DNA from: Candidatus Bathyarchaeota archaeon RBG_16_48_13
GTDB lineage: Archaea; Thermoproteota; Bathyarchaeia; RBG-16-48-13
Direction of reading: 5' to 3'
NCBI GenBank assembly: GCA_001775995.1
Contig: MEZH01000007.1
Location: 43,451-107,450 of the forward strand
Length of the DNA: 64,000 nucleotides
The notes beneath the pieces are model-generated. The model was not told the origin of the DNA, made no database searches, and was given only the letters and a program-made list of their open reading frames with translations. This document shows, piece by piece, positions 37,851-46,625 of this stretch (position 1 is the first letter of the stretch; each line of letters starts with the position of its first letter). Made by a program: the position numbers and the translations under genes.

Positions 37851-38510
37851 TCACGCGCGCTCTTTAAATAACGTTTTCTCGGCAAGCGCTTTGGCCATCC
37901 ACAAAGGCTCCGGAAGTCGATGACCGGTTATCAGTTTCGACACGACTTCCAGCGAGCTCCTGAGCCTCGTTCCGTGTCCTACGCTGATATAGAGCGGAGC
38001 GGAGTGAGGTGCATATCTCAGGATTGAGCCCACGACTTCCCCAGAATCGATTATGGACGATTGAAGGGACGAATTTTCTACAACTTTACCGCAGAGAAGG
38101 CTCTTCGCGACCCCCACCGTGGGCATTGCTGTCAGGACACCCACCTAGCTGGCAAGACCCATCCTGCGCGGATGAGCCACCCCATGACAGTTTATCAAAT
38201 AGAGGTCTGCTTTTCTTTCCGCATCTCTGATTAGTTCTATCATCGGGGGACCTTCCCTGAGTGACAACAAAGTTGGAATATATGGAAAATTGATCCTCAC
38301 ACTCCTTAATTGGGAGTGAAGTAGTTCTAAAGAACCATAATCGTACATGGCGCATGCAACAGCTGCGTCTTCCCCGTTGTATGCTATGCCGAGACCAGCC
38401 ACATTTCTAATGGGGCTGGAGAAGGTGTCTTCGGCGATCACGTTCCTTGCCAGTTCGGTTTGAAACCTTCGCACTTCAACCATGTCGAAGGGTTTCTGAG
38501 GATCTTTCAA
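37851..38510 (-). pseudogene. nfi: endonuclease V interrupted by a single in-frame TAG
   Basis: The two ORF pieces are in the same frame. ..INFPYIPTLLSLREGPP..INCHGVAHPRRMGLAS-TAG(38147-38145)-VGVLTAMPTVGVAKSLLCG.. The consensus at this position is ..AHPRR.G.ASH.G....PT.GVAK, so the stop sits at the conserved His. Confidence 0.75.
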
Positions 38511-38568
38511 ATAGGTCCCCTTAGGCAGAGAACTGTGGAAGAGACACTTTAGATCAGATGCCCCCCAG

Positions 38569-40167
38569 TCAGGTCTTTCTCAGTGTGGCCCTTATCCCTA
38601 TGAAGACAGGCCCTCGGATATCTATCTTCTTCTTCTTGCCTGTAATGTAGCGTTCAGCGACGTCGTTTATTCGGATGTTGATGTCACTCGGAAGTTTCGC
38701 CATTCTCACCCGAAGGGAAAAGTCATCGGTTTGCTCTTTATATAGCATCTTTTCTATTTGCGATGCAGCTTGAGAGGCCACCGCCTCCAAGTATCGAATG
38801 TTTGTGGTGATGCCATTCTCTCTAGCTTCTTTCACTATCGTAACGTGCTCCATGCCCCTTTCAGGGATTCCTAGGAGGTTGCCATCATAAGCGTATATTG
38901 TGTTCAGAGCGGCTGGACCTAGAAGTTTGGTGTTAGGGTCGTGCTCATAGACATAGACTGTCAAATTTCCCTCCTCGAAAACTTTGAATTCGCAGGGACT
39001 CCTGGCCTCAGCGTTTTTCATAGCCACGTCAATTATGGCATCTTTGACTCTCTCTCCCAGTTTTGACTGCGGGGTTTCGAGAGGTTGGACGGCTCGGGCG
39101 AGTTCTTCATCTGTTAGTGCCAACTCTTTGTGGAATTGAGGATAGACGAGTTTTCGAATGTCTTTTTCACCACGAAGGAGCATAGTCATCCGCTCCACTC
39201 CTAGCCCGATGTTAAGGACAGGATATTCTAGGCCGTAATTGGCCAAGGCCACGGGGCTGTATAAGCCCAGTTCAAGCACCTCCACCCATCTATCTGCACT
39301 TTTCTGGTGGACAAAACATTCGTGGTCGGTCCCCGGGGCGTAGTACTTCGGGGTGATCTCCTTGTTCTCGAATCTCACTTCCTCGAAGTTCATAGCATTG
39401 CAGATGTTTGAAGCGATGAGTTTGCCTCTCTCAACAGTAGCTTCGGACCCCATGACAACGCAACTGGCTACGGTGTGGGCTCGGAGGTGAGTCTGGTCTT
39501 CTGTCTGTTCCCGTCTCAAACGGAGGCCTATTGAGAATAGTTTCATTGGCAACTCAACTTTGTACTGAAGAGCTTTCAGTGTCTCAAACCAAGCGCTCGT
39601 CATGTGAGATCGCACGGTTAGGTTTGTAGGTACGGGTTTGAGAGTTGTGAACTCAGGGAAGACCTCCCGAATGATCTGGAGTGCCTTTTCGTCGGGTATT
39701 TGCAGCTTCTTAGCGACTTCCTCCACCAGATCGTCGGCAGCTATGTTGCCTTTCTTATAATCCCTGAGGACCGTCTGAAGGTTGGCGATCTTAGTCCGAT
39801 CCAATTCGACGCCCAACTCCTCGATCTTCTGGCATCTGTCTTTGCCCAAACCTATGTCAGGCCTAGGAAGAGTTGCTAGGTAATAGCATCTATCGAGGAT
39901 GATAGGTGCTTCTGGCCCATACTGTTTGTATATTTCTTCCTCTTCAACAACGAAGGGGTTGATTATTTCATTGAATCCCAACTTCAAGAAAGTTTGGCGG
40001 AGAAGTTCAGCGGTATCTACAACGGGATGGGATTTGCCCTTCAGAGGCCATATGATCTTGGCGTCCTCCGACGCCGAGCGAAGCAGTTCGTTGCCGTCGG
40101 CCCAGACTTTTTCGAACCCTTCCTTTCGGACCCTTGCCAGTATCCCCTGAGTATCAAGCTTTTTCAT
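38569..40167 (-). CDS. sepS: O-phosphoserine--tRNA(Cys) ligase (SepRS)
   Basis: 532 aa. RSHMTSAWF, class II core LGLGVERMTMLL, YAPGTDHE. The length and domain order match SepRS. Confidence 0.8.
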   Translation of the reverse strand: MKKLDTQGILARVRKEGFEKVWADGNELLRSASEDAKIIWPLKGKSHPVVDTAELLRQTFLKLGFNEIINPFVVEEEEIYKQYGPEAPIILDRCYYLATLPRPDIGLGKDRCQKIEELGVELDRTKIANLQTVLRDYKKGNIAADDLVEEVAKKLQIPDEKALQIIREVFPEFTTLKPVPTNLTVRSHMTSAWFETLKALQYKVELPMKLFSIGLRLRREQTEDQTHLRAHTVASCVVMGSEATVERGKLIASNICNAMNFEEVRFENKEITPKYYAPGTDHECFVHQKSADRWVEVLELGLYSPVALANYGLEYPVLNIGLGVERMTMLLRGEKDIRKLVYPQFHKELALTDEELARAVQPLETPQSKLGERVKDAIIDVAMKNAEARSPCEFKVFEEGNLTVYVYEHDPNTKLLGPAALNTIYAYDGNLLGIPERGMEHVTIVKEARENGITTNIRYLEAVASQAASQIEKMLYKEQTDDFSLRVRMAKLPSDINIRINDVAERYITGKKKKIDIRGPVFIGIRATLRKT

Positions 40168-40807
40168 CTTCGGGCATCGTCCTTTTCAAGGTCCTTTCTA
40201 AGCTCTTTATGGAATGCTCAAGGTGATCTCTGCGCAACTCCATAGTCACGTCTCCACGAGTGGCCTCGATTAGCTTCCTGTCGACGTCGAGCTTCCTTCT
40301 CATACCGGGAGCTATGGCGTCGGCGCACTCCACTGTCATCAGCTCCGTGTATATTTTCTCCATGAGTGCCAGGGATTTCTCTGCGGTCTTCATTTCGCCT
40401 CTTCTCAGGTTATCCAGAATTCCACGTCTAATTTCCCCTACTAGATCCGCCAGTCCCAAAGCATACATGATGGGGGGGACGCCTATCTCTTTGGGAGATG
40501 GAAAACGGTCTTCCTCCACAATGCATTGGAATACCTTTGCCTCGGTATACTCTTGATAGGCTGTTACGACATAGCCCACGTCTTGGAATTGCGGGTTCTT
40601 TTCAAGGACAACTGCGAGCTTTTCTAGGCTTTGGCCAGCTTCTTTGAGCCTCTTTTCCGCCTCTACCTTGTCTCCGCGGTGGATGGAGAGTATGGCTTGA
40701 TCGGAGAGCTTGGTGATGACCTTGGTATCGATCAGCATTTTTTCTCTTACTTGGTCCTTCTCTTTGGCTTCTCTTCTAATATTGTCCACTATCTTCTTCA
40801 GAGACAT
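40154..40807 (-). CDS. translin-family protein
   Basis: 217 aa, helical. YALGLADLVGEIRRGILDNLRRGE matches the translin/TRAX signature Y.LG.ADL.GEL.R. It overlaps sepS by 14 nt. Confidence 0.65.
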   Translation of the reverse strand: MSLKKIVDNIRREAKEKDQVREKMLIDTKVITKLSDQAILSIHRGDKVEAEKRLKEAGQSLEKLAVVLEKNPQFQDVGYVVTAYQEYTEAKVFQCIVEEDRFPSPKEIGVPPIMYALGLADLVGEIRRGILDNLRRGEMKTAEKSLALMEKIYTELMTVECADAIAPGMRRKLDVDRKLIEATRGDVTMELRRDHLEHSIKSLERTLKRTMPEDEKA

Positions 40808-40862
40808 ATCATCACCATAATCAGACCATATTAACTCAGGGTAAAGAATATCTAAAGATTAT

Positions 40863-41819
40863 CTAGGGGGCCGTCAACTTAATGGGCTTCTCTAGTCTAC
40901 TCATAAGAATCACCTTGCTCTCTCGACATTCATCGATCAGATTATAGCCGGTTTCATTGGCTAAATCTTTCGAGAAGTCCTTGATCTCTTCGTGTGTTGG
41001 CATGTTCTCAAACTTCAACCTGCGCCGAGATGACCCGACGTACACATAGCCCTTGGGTTCTACGTACGTTGGATTCGCCCTCTTTATCAAGTTGGCAAAA
41101 CCCTTCGGATCACGCATGTTCAGGCCACGGACCAAGGTCAGCCTGAGGACGGTGGGGCAGCTGAAGGACGGGAGGAGATCAAGGGTTCTGATTAGGTTTG
41201 GCCAAAGATTTGGAAGTTGCGGCCTGCAGACTTCCTTGAAGATGTTTTCATCAGGTCCGTATACCGAGACGTAAAGTTGTGAGGGTGCCTTGATTTTCTC
41301 CAAGGCTTTCGGGATCGTGCCATTCGTGACCAAGAAGGTTGTGAAGCCTCTTTTATGGAAAATCTCCAAAAGAGAGCTCAGTTTTGGGTAAAGGGTGGGC
41401 TCTCCGTCAAGGCTGATGGCTGCGTGTTTTGGGTTGAGGGCCTCATTATAGATCTTCATATCGAGGTTCGTGTGGCTTTTGTAGCCGCTCAGTATCTTGC
41501 GATGAGCTAGTATGGATTCATCCACGATCGTTTCAGGGTCATCCATCAAGGGCAGCTTCGTTTCTACCCAAGATATTTTGAGGTCGCTTGGTTGCACCCT
41601 CCAGCAGAACTGGCATTGCATGGTGCAGTGCGCGACTGTGGGGGTCATCTGAAGACAACGGTGTGTTTGGATTCCGTAGAATTTCTGTTTGTAGCATGCT
41701 CTATTTTCAGTCAATTTCATGTGAAGCCATCGACATTTTTTCACAGCCGAGTGGTGACCCACTAGTTGATATTTCTGGCTTCTGAGCGTCGTCCGAAGCT
41801 CGGCGGGCAGGATTGACAT
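40863..41819 (-). CDS. taw1: tRNA 4-demethylwyosine synthase (Taw1/TYW1), radical SAM
   Basis: QLVGHHSAVKKCRW....CYKQKFYGI.THRCLQMTP....C...C.FCWR. The Taw1 N-terminal Cys pattern is followed by a radical-SAM core. Confidence 0.8.
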   Translation of the reverse strand: MSILPAELRTTLRSQKYQLVGHHSAVKKCRWLHMKLTENRACYKQKFYGIQTHRCLQMTPTVAHCTMQCQFCWRVQPSDLKISWVETKLPLMDDPETIVDESILAHRKILSGYKSHTNLDMKIYNEALNPKHAAISLDGEPTLYPKLSSLLEIFHKRGFTTFLVTNGTIPKALEKIKAPSQLYVSVYGPDENIFKEVCRPQLPNLWPNLIRTLDLLPSFSCPTVLRLTLVRGLNMRDPKGFANLIKRANPTYVEPKGYVYVGSSRRRLKFENMPTHEEIKDFSKDLANETGYNLIDECRESKVILMSRLEKPIKLTAP

Positions 41820-41893
41820 AATCGTCTAGCCCTTTTTCCTGAAGAAAGTTGCCCACAAAGAGAAAATGGGGATGGTCTGAGGAAGGCATCTGC

Positions 41894-42508
41894 CTACTTT
41901 ATTGGAGCAGACTCCTCTTCGATGCCGTTGTTGGTTATCACCAATATGTCCGCGCCTTCGCCGCTGGCTATGTCCCGGGCCACAGCAGATTTGAGGCTTC
42001 TCATGACTAGATCTCTGGCTTCCTTCAGAGACATATTGTCCTTGTAGTCAGCTTCCAGCATCCCTATTGCGATCTCCGCACCAGATCCAACACAGGCAAA
42101 CTTGTCGGGAATAACTGAACCGAGAGGATCTAGGACGTGTAGACTTGGACCGCCCTCATCTACTCCTCCGATGATTGTCTGAGTCAGCATGGGATAAAGG
42201 CGTCTCTCGAAGAGGAGGCTAGACATCAACTTAGCCACAGACTTCACTGACATCGGTCGGTTGTGCTCTAGGATGTACAGACTCGAGTAGGCTGAGACCT
42301 CTCGGATGAGTACCTGCATATCAGAGATTAACCCTGCGCAGGCAGCACCCACGTTATCGGTGAGTTTGAACACCTTTCTACCTGATTTGCTCATTATGAA
42401 GTAACCGTAGGAAACCCTTCGCTCAGAGGCCAATATGACGCCCTCTTTGAAGAGGAGCCCGATGGTTGTGGCGCCAGGAATCGCGAACTGTTCACCCAAG
42501 GATGACAC
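41894..42508 (-). CDS. psmB: proteasome beta subunit (copy 1)
   Basis: Propeptide followed by GATTIGLLFKEGVILASERR. 204 aa. Confidence 0.85.
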   Translation of the reverse strand: MSSLGEQFAIPGATTIGLLFKEGVILASERRVSYGYFIMSKSGRKVFKLTDNVGAACAGLISDMQVLIREVSAYSSLYILEHNRPMSVKSVAKLMSSLLFERRLYPMLTQTIIGGVDEGGPSLHVLDPLGSVIPDKFACVGSGAEIAIGMLEADYKDNMSLKEARDLVMRSLKSAVARDIASGEGADILVITNNGIEEESAPIK

Positions 42509-42597
42509 TCCAATGACTTAAAGGGTTAATAAAACCGTGTTTATTAAAGGTTACATATAGCGGTTTACCGCCCTCCGAATTTCCTAGGAAAGTTCTT

Positions 42598-42876
42598 ATG
42601 GCAACAAAATTGACGAATCGAGCCTTCTTGAACAAGATATTCTGGGATACCAGGGAAGACCCGAGAGATTACCTATTAGCCTTCGTTCATAGAGGAGACC
42701 TGATGGATAGAAGGATTATACCGCTGGAAAGGATCAAGCACCTGGAGCCATCTGGCTTCATCTACGAGGGCGATGAGGGAGAGACATTTATTCCATATCA
42801 TCGAATTATCGAGGTCAAAGACATTAGGGATGGCAAAGTAGTTTGGTTCAGCAGAAGGACGCAAACAAAGAGATGA
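42598..42876 (+). CDS. stand-alone DUF504 / MJ1316-type domain protein (predicted RNA cyclic-phosphate-end recognition)
   Basis: 92 aa. ..KIFWDTREDPRDY...IPLERI....FIPYHRIIEV.. fits the family pattern. Confidence 0.55.
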   Translation: MATKLTNRAFLNKIFWDTREDPRDYLLAFVHRGDLMDRRIIPLERIKHLEPSGFIYEGDEGETFIPYHRIIEVKDIRDGKVVWFSRRTQTKR

Positions 42877-43883
42877 GACAGCCCTTTGCGGGATTGAGGA
42901 CAATCCTCTCGAGCAAGGAGTTGTTGGACTTCGCCTTTAGCCGGGCGAAGAAGGAGGCTATGAAGGTCTCCGCGAAATTGCCTAAGGAGATCATGGTAAG
43001 AAGAAAAGAGACAACACGGATAGAGACCGCGGGCAAAGCCCTCGTGGAGAAGCTCCAGAGCGTGTTGGAGGATATGCCGCAGCTCGATGACCTGCCGCCC
43101 CTTTATAGGGAGCTGGCTGACACTGTGGTCGGCGTTCAGTCCTTAAAGAAGAATCTTGGAGCGTTGAAGTGGGCCGCGATTACCGTGGGGAACATAGCCA
43201 AATCATATTCACGAAGAACCAGAGTCGCTGATGGAATTGATGAAGCATCAAACGCAAGGAGGAGCGCATACGGTCGAATATCCTCGGTAATAAAGCAGAT
43301 CTCGGGGAACCTTGATTACCTCAGGGATTCGAGATCAAAGCTGGCGAAGCTGCCAACGTTCTCCACAGACGTTCACACTTTGGTGGTGGCGGGATATGCA
43401 AATGTGGGGAAAAGTAGCTTGGTTAAACAGATCTCTTCAGCCAAACCAGAGGTCGACTCATACCCGTTTACAACCAAGGAGATAATGGTGGGTCACGGCA
43501 GAGTTGGGGAAAGGCTGTACCAAGTGGTTGACACCCCTGGCCTCTTGGATCGGCCGCTGAAGAACAGAAACAAGATCGAGCTTCAGGCTATCTTAGCTCT
43601 AAGATACCTCGCCAATTGCATAATCTTCCTGCTAGACCCAAGTGAGACCTGTGGTTATTCAATGGAGAAACAGTTAAACCTCTTCAAGGAGATAGATGAG
43701 GAGTTCCCTGATACCCCGAAGATAGTCGCCATGAACAAAATAGATCTTGCTGAGAAGGAGGCGTTGGAGAAGATAAAAGCCATGTTCCCTGAGGTTTACC
43801 CACTATCAGCTCTTACGAATGAGGGAGTAAGGAATGTACTGGAGGCAGCTTTGTCGAAGGCGGGTAACATAAATCTAGGCTAG
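42873..43883 (+). CDS. NOG1-family GTPase
   Basis: NOG1 N-domain (TILSSKELLDFAFSRAKK), G1 GYANVGKSSL, G3 VVDTPGLLDR, G4 MNKIDL. The ATG at 42873 overlaps the upstream stop (ATGA). Confidence 0.8.
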   Translation: MRQPFAGLRTILSSKELLDFAFSRAKKEAMKVSAKLPKEIMVRRKETTRIETAGKALVEKLQSVLEDMPQLDDLPPLYRELADTVVGVQSLKKNLGALKWAAITVGNIAKSYSRRTRVADGIDEASNARRSAYGRISSVIKQISGNLDYLRDSRSKLAKLPTFSTDVHTLVVAGYANVGKSSLVKQISSAKPEVDSYPFTTKEIMVGHGRVGERLYQVVDTPGLLDRPLKNRNKIELQAILALRYLANCIIFLLDPSETCGYSMEKQLNLFKEIDEEFPDTPKIVAMNKIDLAEKEALEKIKAMFPEVYPLSALTNEGVRNVLEAALSKAGNINLG

Positions 43884-44954
43884 TGTAGAGAGATTTTTTA
43901 TTCCTTTTCCCTCAATTCTGATGGTGGCTGGTTCGCCTTCCCTCCCCTCGATCTGAAATTCGATGCCGAGAATTTTCTTGCTTATTTCAAGGCAGGTCAC
44001 AGTGTGAAGGGTCAGTTGGGTTGTTCGCAAGACTGATACACCGTCAGCCATGGCTGCCCAAACGATCAATTGATCTGCCAAGTGCAAGTCAACAGCCGCT
44101 CCTGTAGAGAATTGGCTCAAGAGTCCTTCTGCGACATCCATTCCAGTCTTCTGATCAGAGGCTCCTTTTCTTCCTAAGGCGTCGTTGGCGAACAGCATGC
44201 CAGAGGTGGTCTCAGCAAATAAGAAGATACCGCTCCCTTCGTTCAAGGCACATTGCGATTCCCAAGATTTTCGGCTCTCATTTTCAATGGATATGTCTTG
44301 GTATCCCGCGCGTCTCAGAACGGCCTCGGCACCACTGGTCAAACCCTCGGTCACACTTGGAGGAAGCCTAGAACTAAACGAGAACCCTCTGATCTTGATG
44401 ACCCTACCCAGGTCCGTCAGCGTCAGGGGGCTTAATCTCCTGATTGGCTTTGATATTGCCTTGATTATACCTCCACCCTTCGGATAAAACCCTCTCTTCG
44501 TCATCCCCACGGATGCCTCGTACCCCAGCCTCTTGAGGGTTGGCACAAGAACGCATTGCATGAACTCAACGGGAGGAGCGAATGGATTATTCGTGCCTCC
44601 TTTAACCCGGATAGTGACTTCTCCAGGTGTGTAGGCTAGGGAGGGCATGAGAGCTTGGAGGACGAGAGTGGTGCTGCCAGCAGTCCCAATGTCGAAGAAG
44701 AAGTCGCCTTCTCGGAGTTGATGCGGGACAAATTCTAATTCTTTCGAACCCAGTTGGAGACCTTTAACCTCGGCATTTGAGATTTGTGCGACGGCCTTCA
44801 CGGCGACGAAGTGCTGAGGTTGTAGGCCGGGCCGCGTCCTCTTAGATCTTATGTTGATGATTTTCACGGGCTTTCCGGTGGCAGCTGAAAGGGCAACTGA
44901 AACCCTTAGAATCTGACCCCCACCTTCCAAGATGCTACCGTCGATGACTTTCAG
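43875..44954 (-). CDS. rtcA: RNA 3'-terminal phosphate cyclase
   Basis: EGGGQILRVSVALSAATGKPVKIINIR. The conserved IDGS strand (KVIDGSILEGGGQ) lies upstream of the first canonical start (TTG at 44930). I place the start at the CTG at 44954, 6 nt after GGAGGG (44966-44961). Confidence 0.8.
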   Translation of the reverse strand: MKVIDGSILEGGGQILRVSVALSAATGKPVKIINIRSKRTRPGLQPQHFVAVKAVAQISNAEVKGLQLGSKELEFVPHQLREGDFFFDIGTAGSTTLVLQALMPSLAYTPGEVTIRVKGGTNNPFAPPVEFMQCVLVPTLKRLGYEASVGMTKRGFYPKGGGIIKAISKPIRRLSPLTLTDLGRVIKIRGFSFSSRLPPSVTEGLTSGAEAVLRRAGYQDISIENESRKSWESQCALNEGSGIFLFAETTSGMLFANDALGRKGASDQKTGMDVAEGLLSQFSTGAAVDLHLADQLIVWAAMADGVSVLRTTQLTLHTVTCLEISKKILGIEFQIEGREGEPATIRIEGKGIKNLSTLA

Positions 44955-45069
44955 GTTGAACCCTCCTTGAGAAAAACCAGACCTTTTCTCGCGCTTATGA
45001 CCTTTCTTGGAAAGGATAAATATCTGTTTTCCAGGATAATTGACATTAAAGTATTACGCAGAGGTTTAG

Positions 45070-46011
45070 ATGTTGGAATCCTTAGATAAAGCCGTGTTGA
45101 AGAAGGCCATAAGAAAGGCGGCCAGGTGGTCGTGGAGACTTCGGAACAAAGATTTTGGGTGGGGAAACGACGCCGTTGTGATAAGGGATTCATACGTGCT
45201 GGATGGCGCTGAACTCATGGCTGGACTCATGAAGGCGGGAATCAGTCCGCGCAGCAGCAAGATGAAGCAGAGCTTAGAATGGGTCAAGAAGGAGCTGACT
45301 GCCAAGGACAAGTGGTGGATAAAGAGTCCTGAGGCATCCAAGTTCTTCTTATGGCCTGTGTTCGTATTATTGCTAGCTAAGGAGCCTGCCAGCTCGCCAG
45401 TGATCTCCCAAGCATTGTCAGAACTGAGGCAGTTTAAGGTCTCAGGAAGAGGTTGGAATAATGCTCTTGGAGGTGACAGCAATATCTACGTCACAGCTCT
45501 GGCCTTGATCTGCCTGCCAAATATTTCGGCCACAGCCGAAGACCTGAAGGAGGCGAAAGCCTGGCTTATGTCGGTCCAGAACCAAGATGGCAGTTGGGGA
45601 TACTATCCAACGTGGAGGGGGGAGAACATATGCACTTCAATTTCTACTTGGGGTTTGATTGAGGCTGGTGAGAAGGACTCCAAAGCTGTAAAGAAGGCGA
45701 CCCAATGGCTTCTCGCCTCCCAGAGGAGAGACGGCCACTGGCAACTTAACTATGAGGTGGGTGCTATGGATGGCCACGGCGACGCTTATATTCACTTCAG
45801 CACGCCATGGACTCTGACGGCTCTCCTGAAGAGCGGGATGAAGGCCACGGACGAACCCATAGTAAGAGGAATGAAGTATCTTATGAGCTTCCAAGACAAG
45901 AATGGTGGATGGCCTGCCACAGATATATCAATCTTAGCAGAGAGGTTGACCCGCACGACCTGGGCAACTGGAAACGCTCTAATGGCCATAGCAGCGTATC
46001 TCAAAGCCTGA
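45070..46011 (+). CDS. prenyltransferase/squalene-cyclase-repeat (alpha/alpha-toroid) protein
   Basis: Repeated motifs RNKDFGWG, VSGRGWN, QNQDGSWGYY, QRRDGHWQ, QDKNGGWP, each spaced about 45-50 aa apart. Confidence 0.6.
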   Translation: MLESLDKAVLKKAIRKAARWSWRLRNKDFGWGNDAVVIRDSYVLDGAELMAGLMKAGISPRSSKMKQSLEWVKKELTAKDKWWIKSPEASKFFLWPVFVLLLAKEPASSPVISQALSELRQFKVSGRGWNNALGGDSNIYVTALALICLPNISATAEDLKEAKAWLMSVQNQDGSWGYYPTWRGENICTSISTWGLIEAGEKDSKAVKKATQWLLASQRRDGHWQLNYEVGAMDGHGDAYIHFSTPWTLTALLKSGMKATDEPIVRGMKYLMSFQDKNGGWPATDISILAERLTRTTWATGNALMAIAAYLKA

Positions 46012-46056
46012 GAGGATCCAGTGGGTCCTTTCTCACATCCCTTTTCTCCTGACGCC

Positions 46057-46575
46057 TCATATATTCTCCATTTGATAAATCCCTGAGTAAGTCTCCTTGA
46101 CAGGCTTCGTCGTCTTGAAGAAGATGAGCTGAACGATTCTAGCGTTTCTTTTTATCTTTAGTCCATTAGGGTTGAAGACGGTGAGGAGGGACGTGCTTCT
46201 TCCTGTGTAGCCGCTGTCCCAGATCGCGCTCTTCGCTGAGGCGCCACATCTGAGGAGGGTGGAACGGGGAAAGGCGAAAGCGATCAAGTCGTTTGGGATG
46301 TTTACCACTTCGTTGAACACTATTTTATAGGCTCCCTGATTTAGGAAGACGTAGTCGTCCTGCTCGAATTCCATCTTTTCTGTCTGAGCCAACACCCTGG
46401 AGGCATTGTTGAAGTCGATTACCCCCGCGGACCTGAATTCTTCCACCATTCTAACGGTGAGGTCTATGCCGTCCGGACCGACCTGCAAATATGGATCTAT
46501 CATTCCCTCTACCAAAGGTGGTTGCTTTCTTAGGAGCTCAGCCAGGTCTTCCTTCGTCAAAAGGCTTCCAGACAT
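46057..46575 (-). CDS. dUTPase/dCTP-deaminase-superfamily protein
   Basis: PDGIDLTV, AIWDSGYTGRSTSLL, ARIVQLIFF. The ATG at 46575 gives MSGSLLTKEDL. The ORF track starts at 46644. Confidence 0.7.
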   Translation of the reverse strand: MSGSLLTKEDLAELLRKQPPLVEGMIDPYLQVGPDGIDLTVRMVEEFRSAGVIDFNNASRVLAQTEKMEFEQDDYVFLNQGAYKIVFNEVVNIPNDLIAFAFPRSTLLRCGASAKSAIWDSGYTGRSTSLLTVFNPNGLKIKRNARIVQLIFFKTTKPVKETYSGIYQMENI

Positions 46576-46625
46576 TTTGATCAACGGTACTAAAAGATAA
46601 GAGCCACAAATATAATTCTTATAGT

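Noticed and set aside
37851-38510. Pyrrolysine decoding of the in-frame TAG in nfi
   Set aside because: TAG terminates 10 of the 21 genes whose stops I read directly in this window. No pyl genes or methylamine methyltransferases are present here. The residue expected at the site is a conserved His, not a position known to take Pyl. The site is kept only as an in-frame stop or possible pseudogene.
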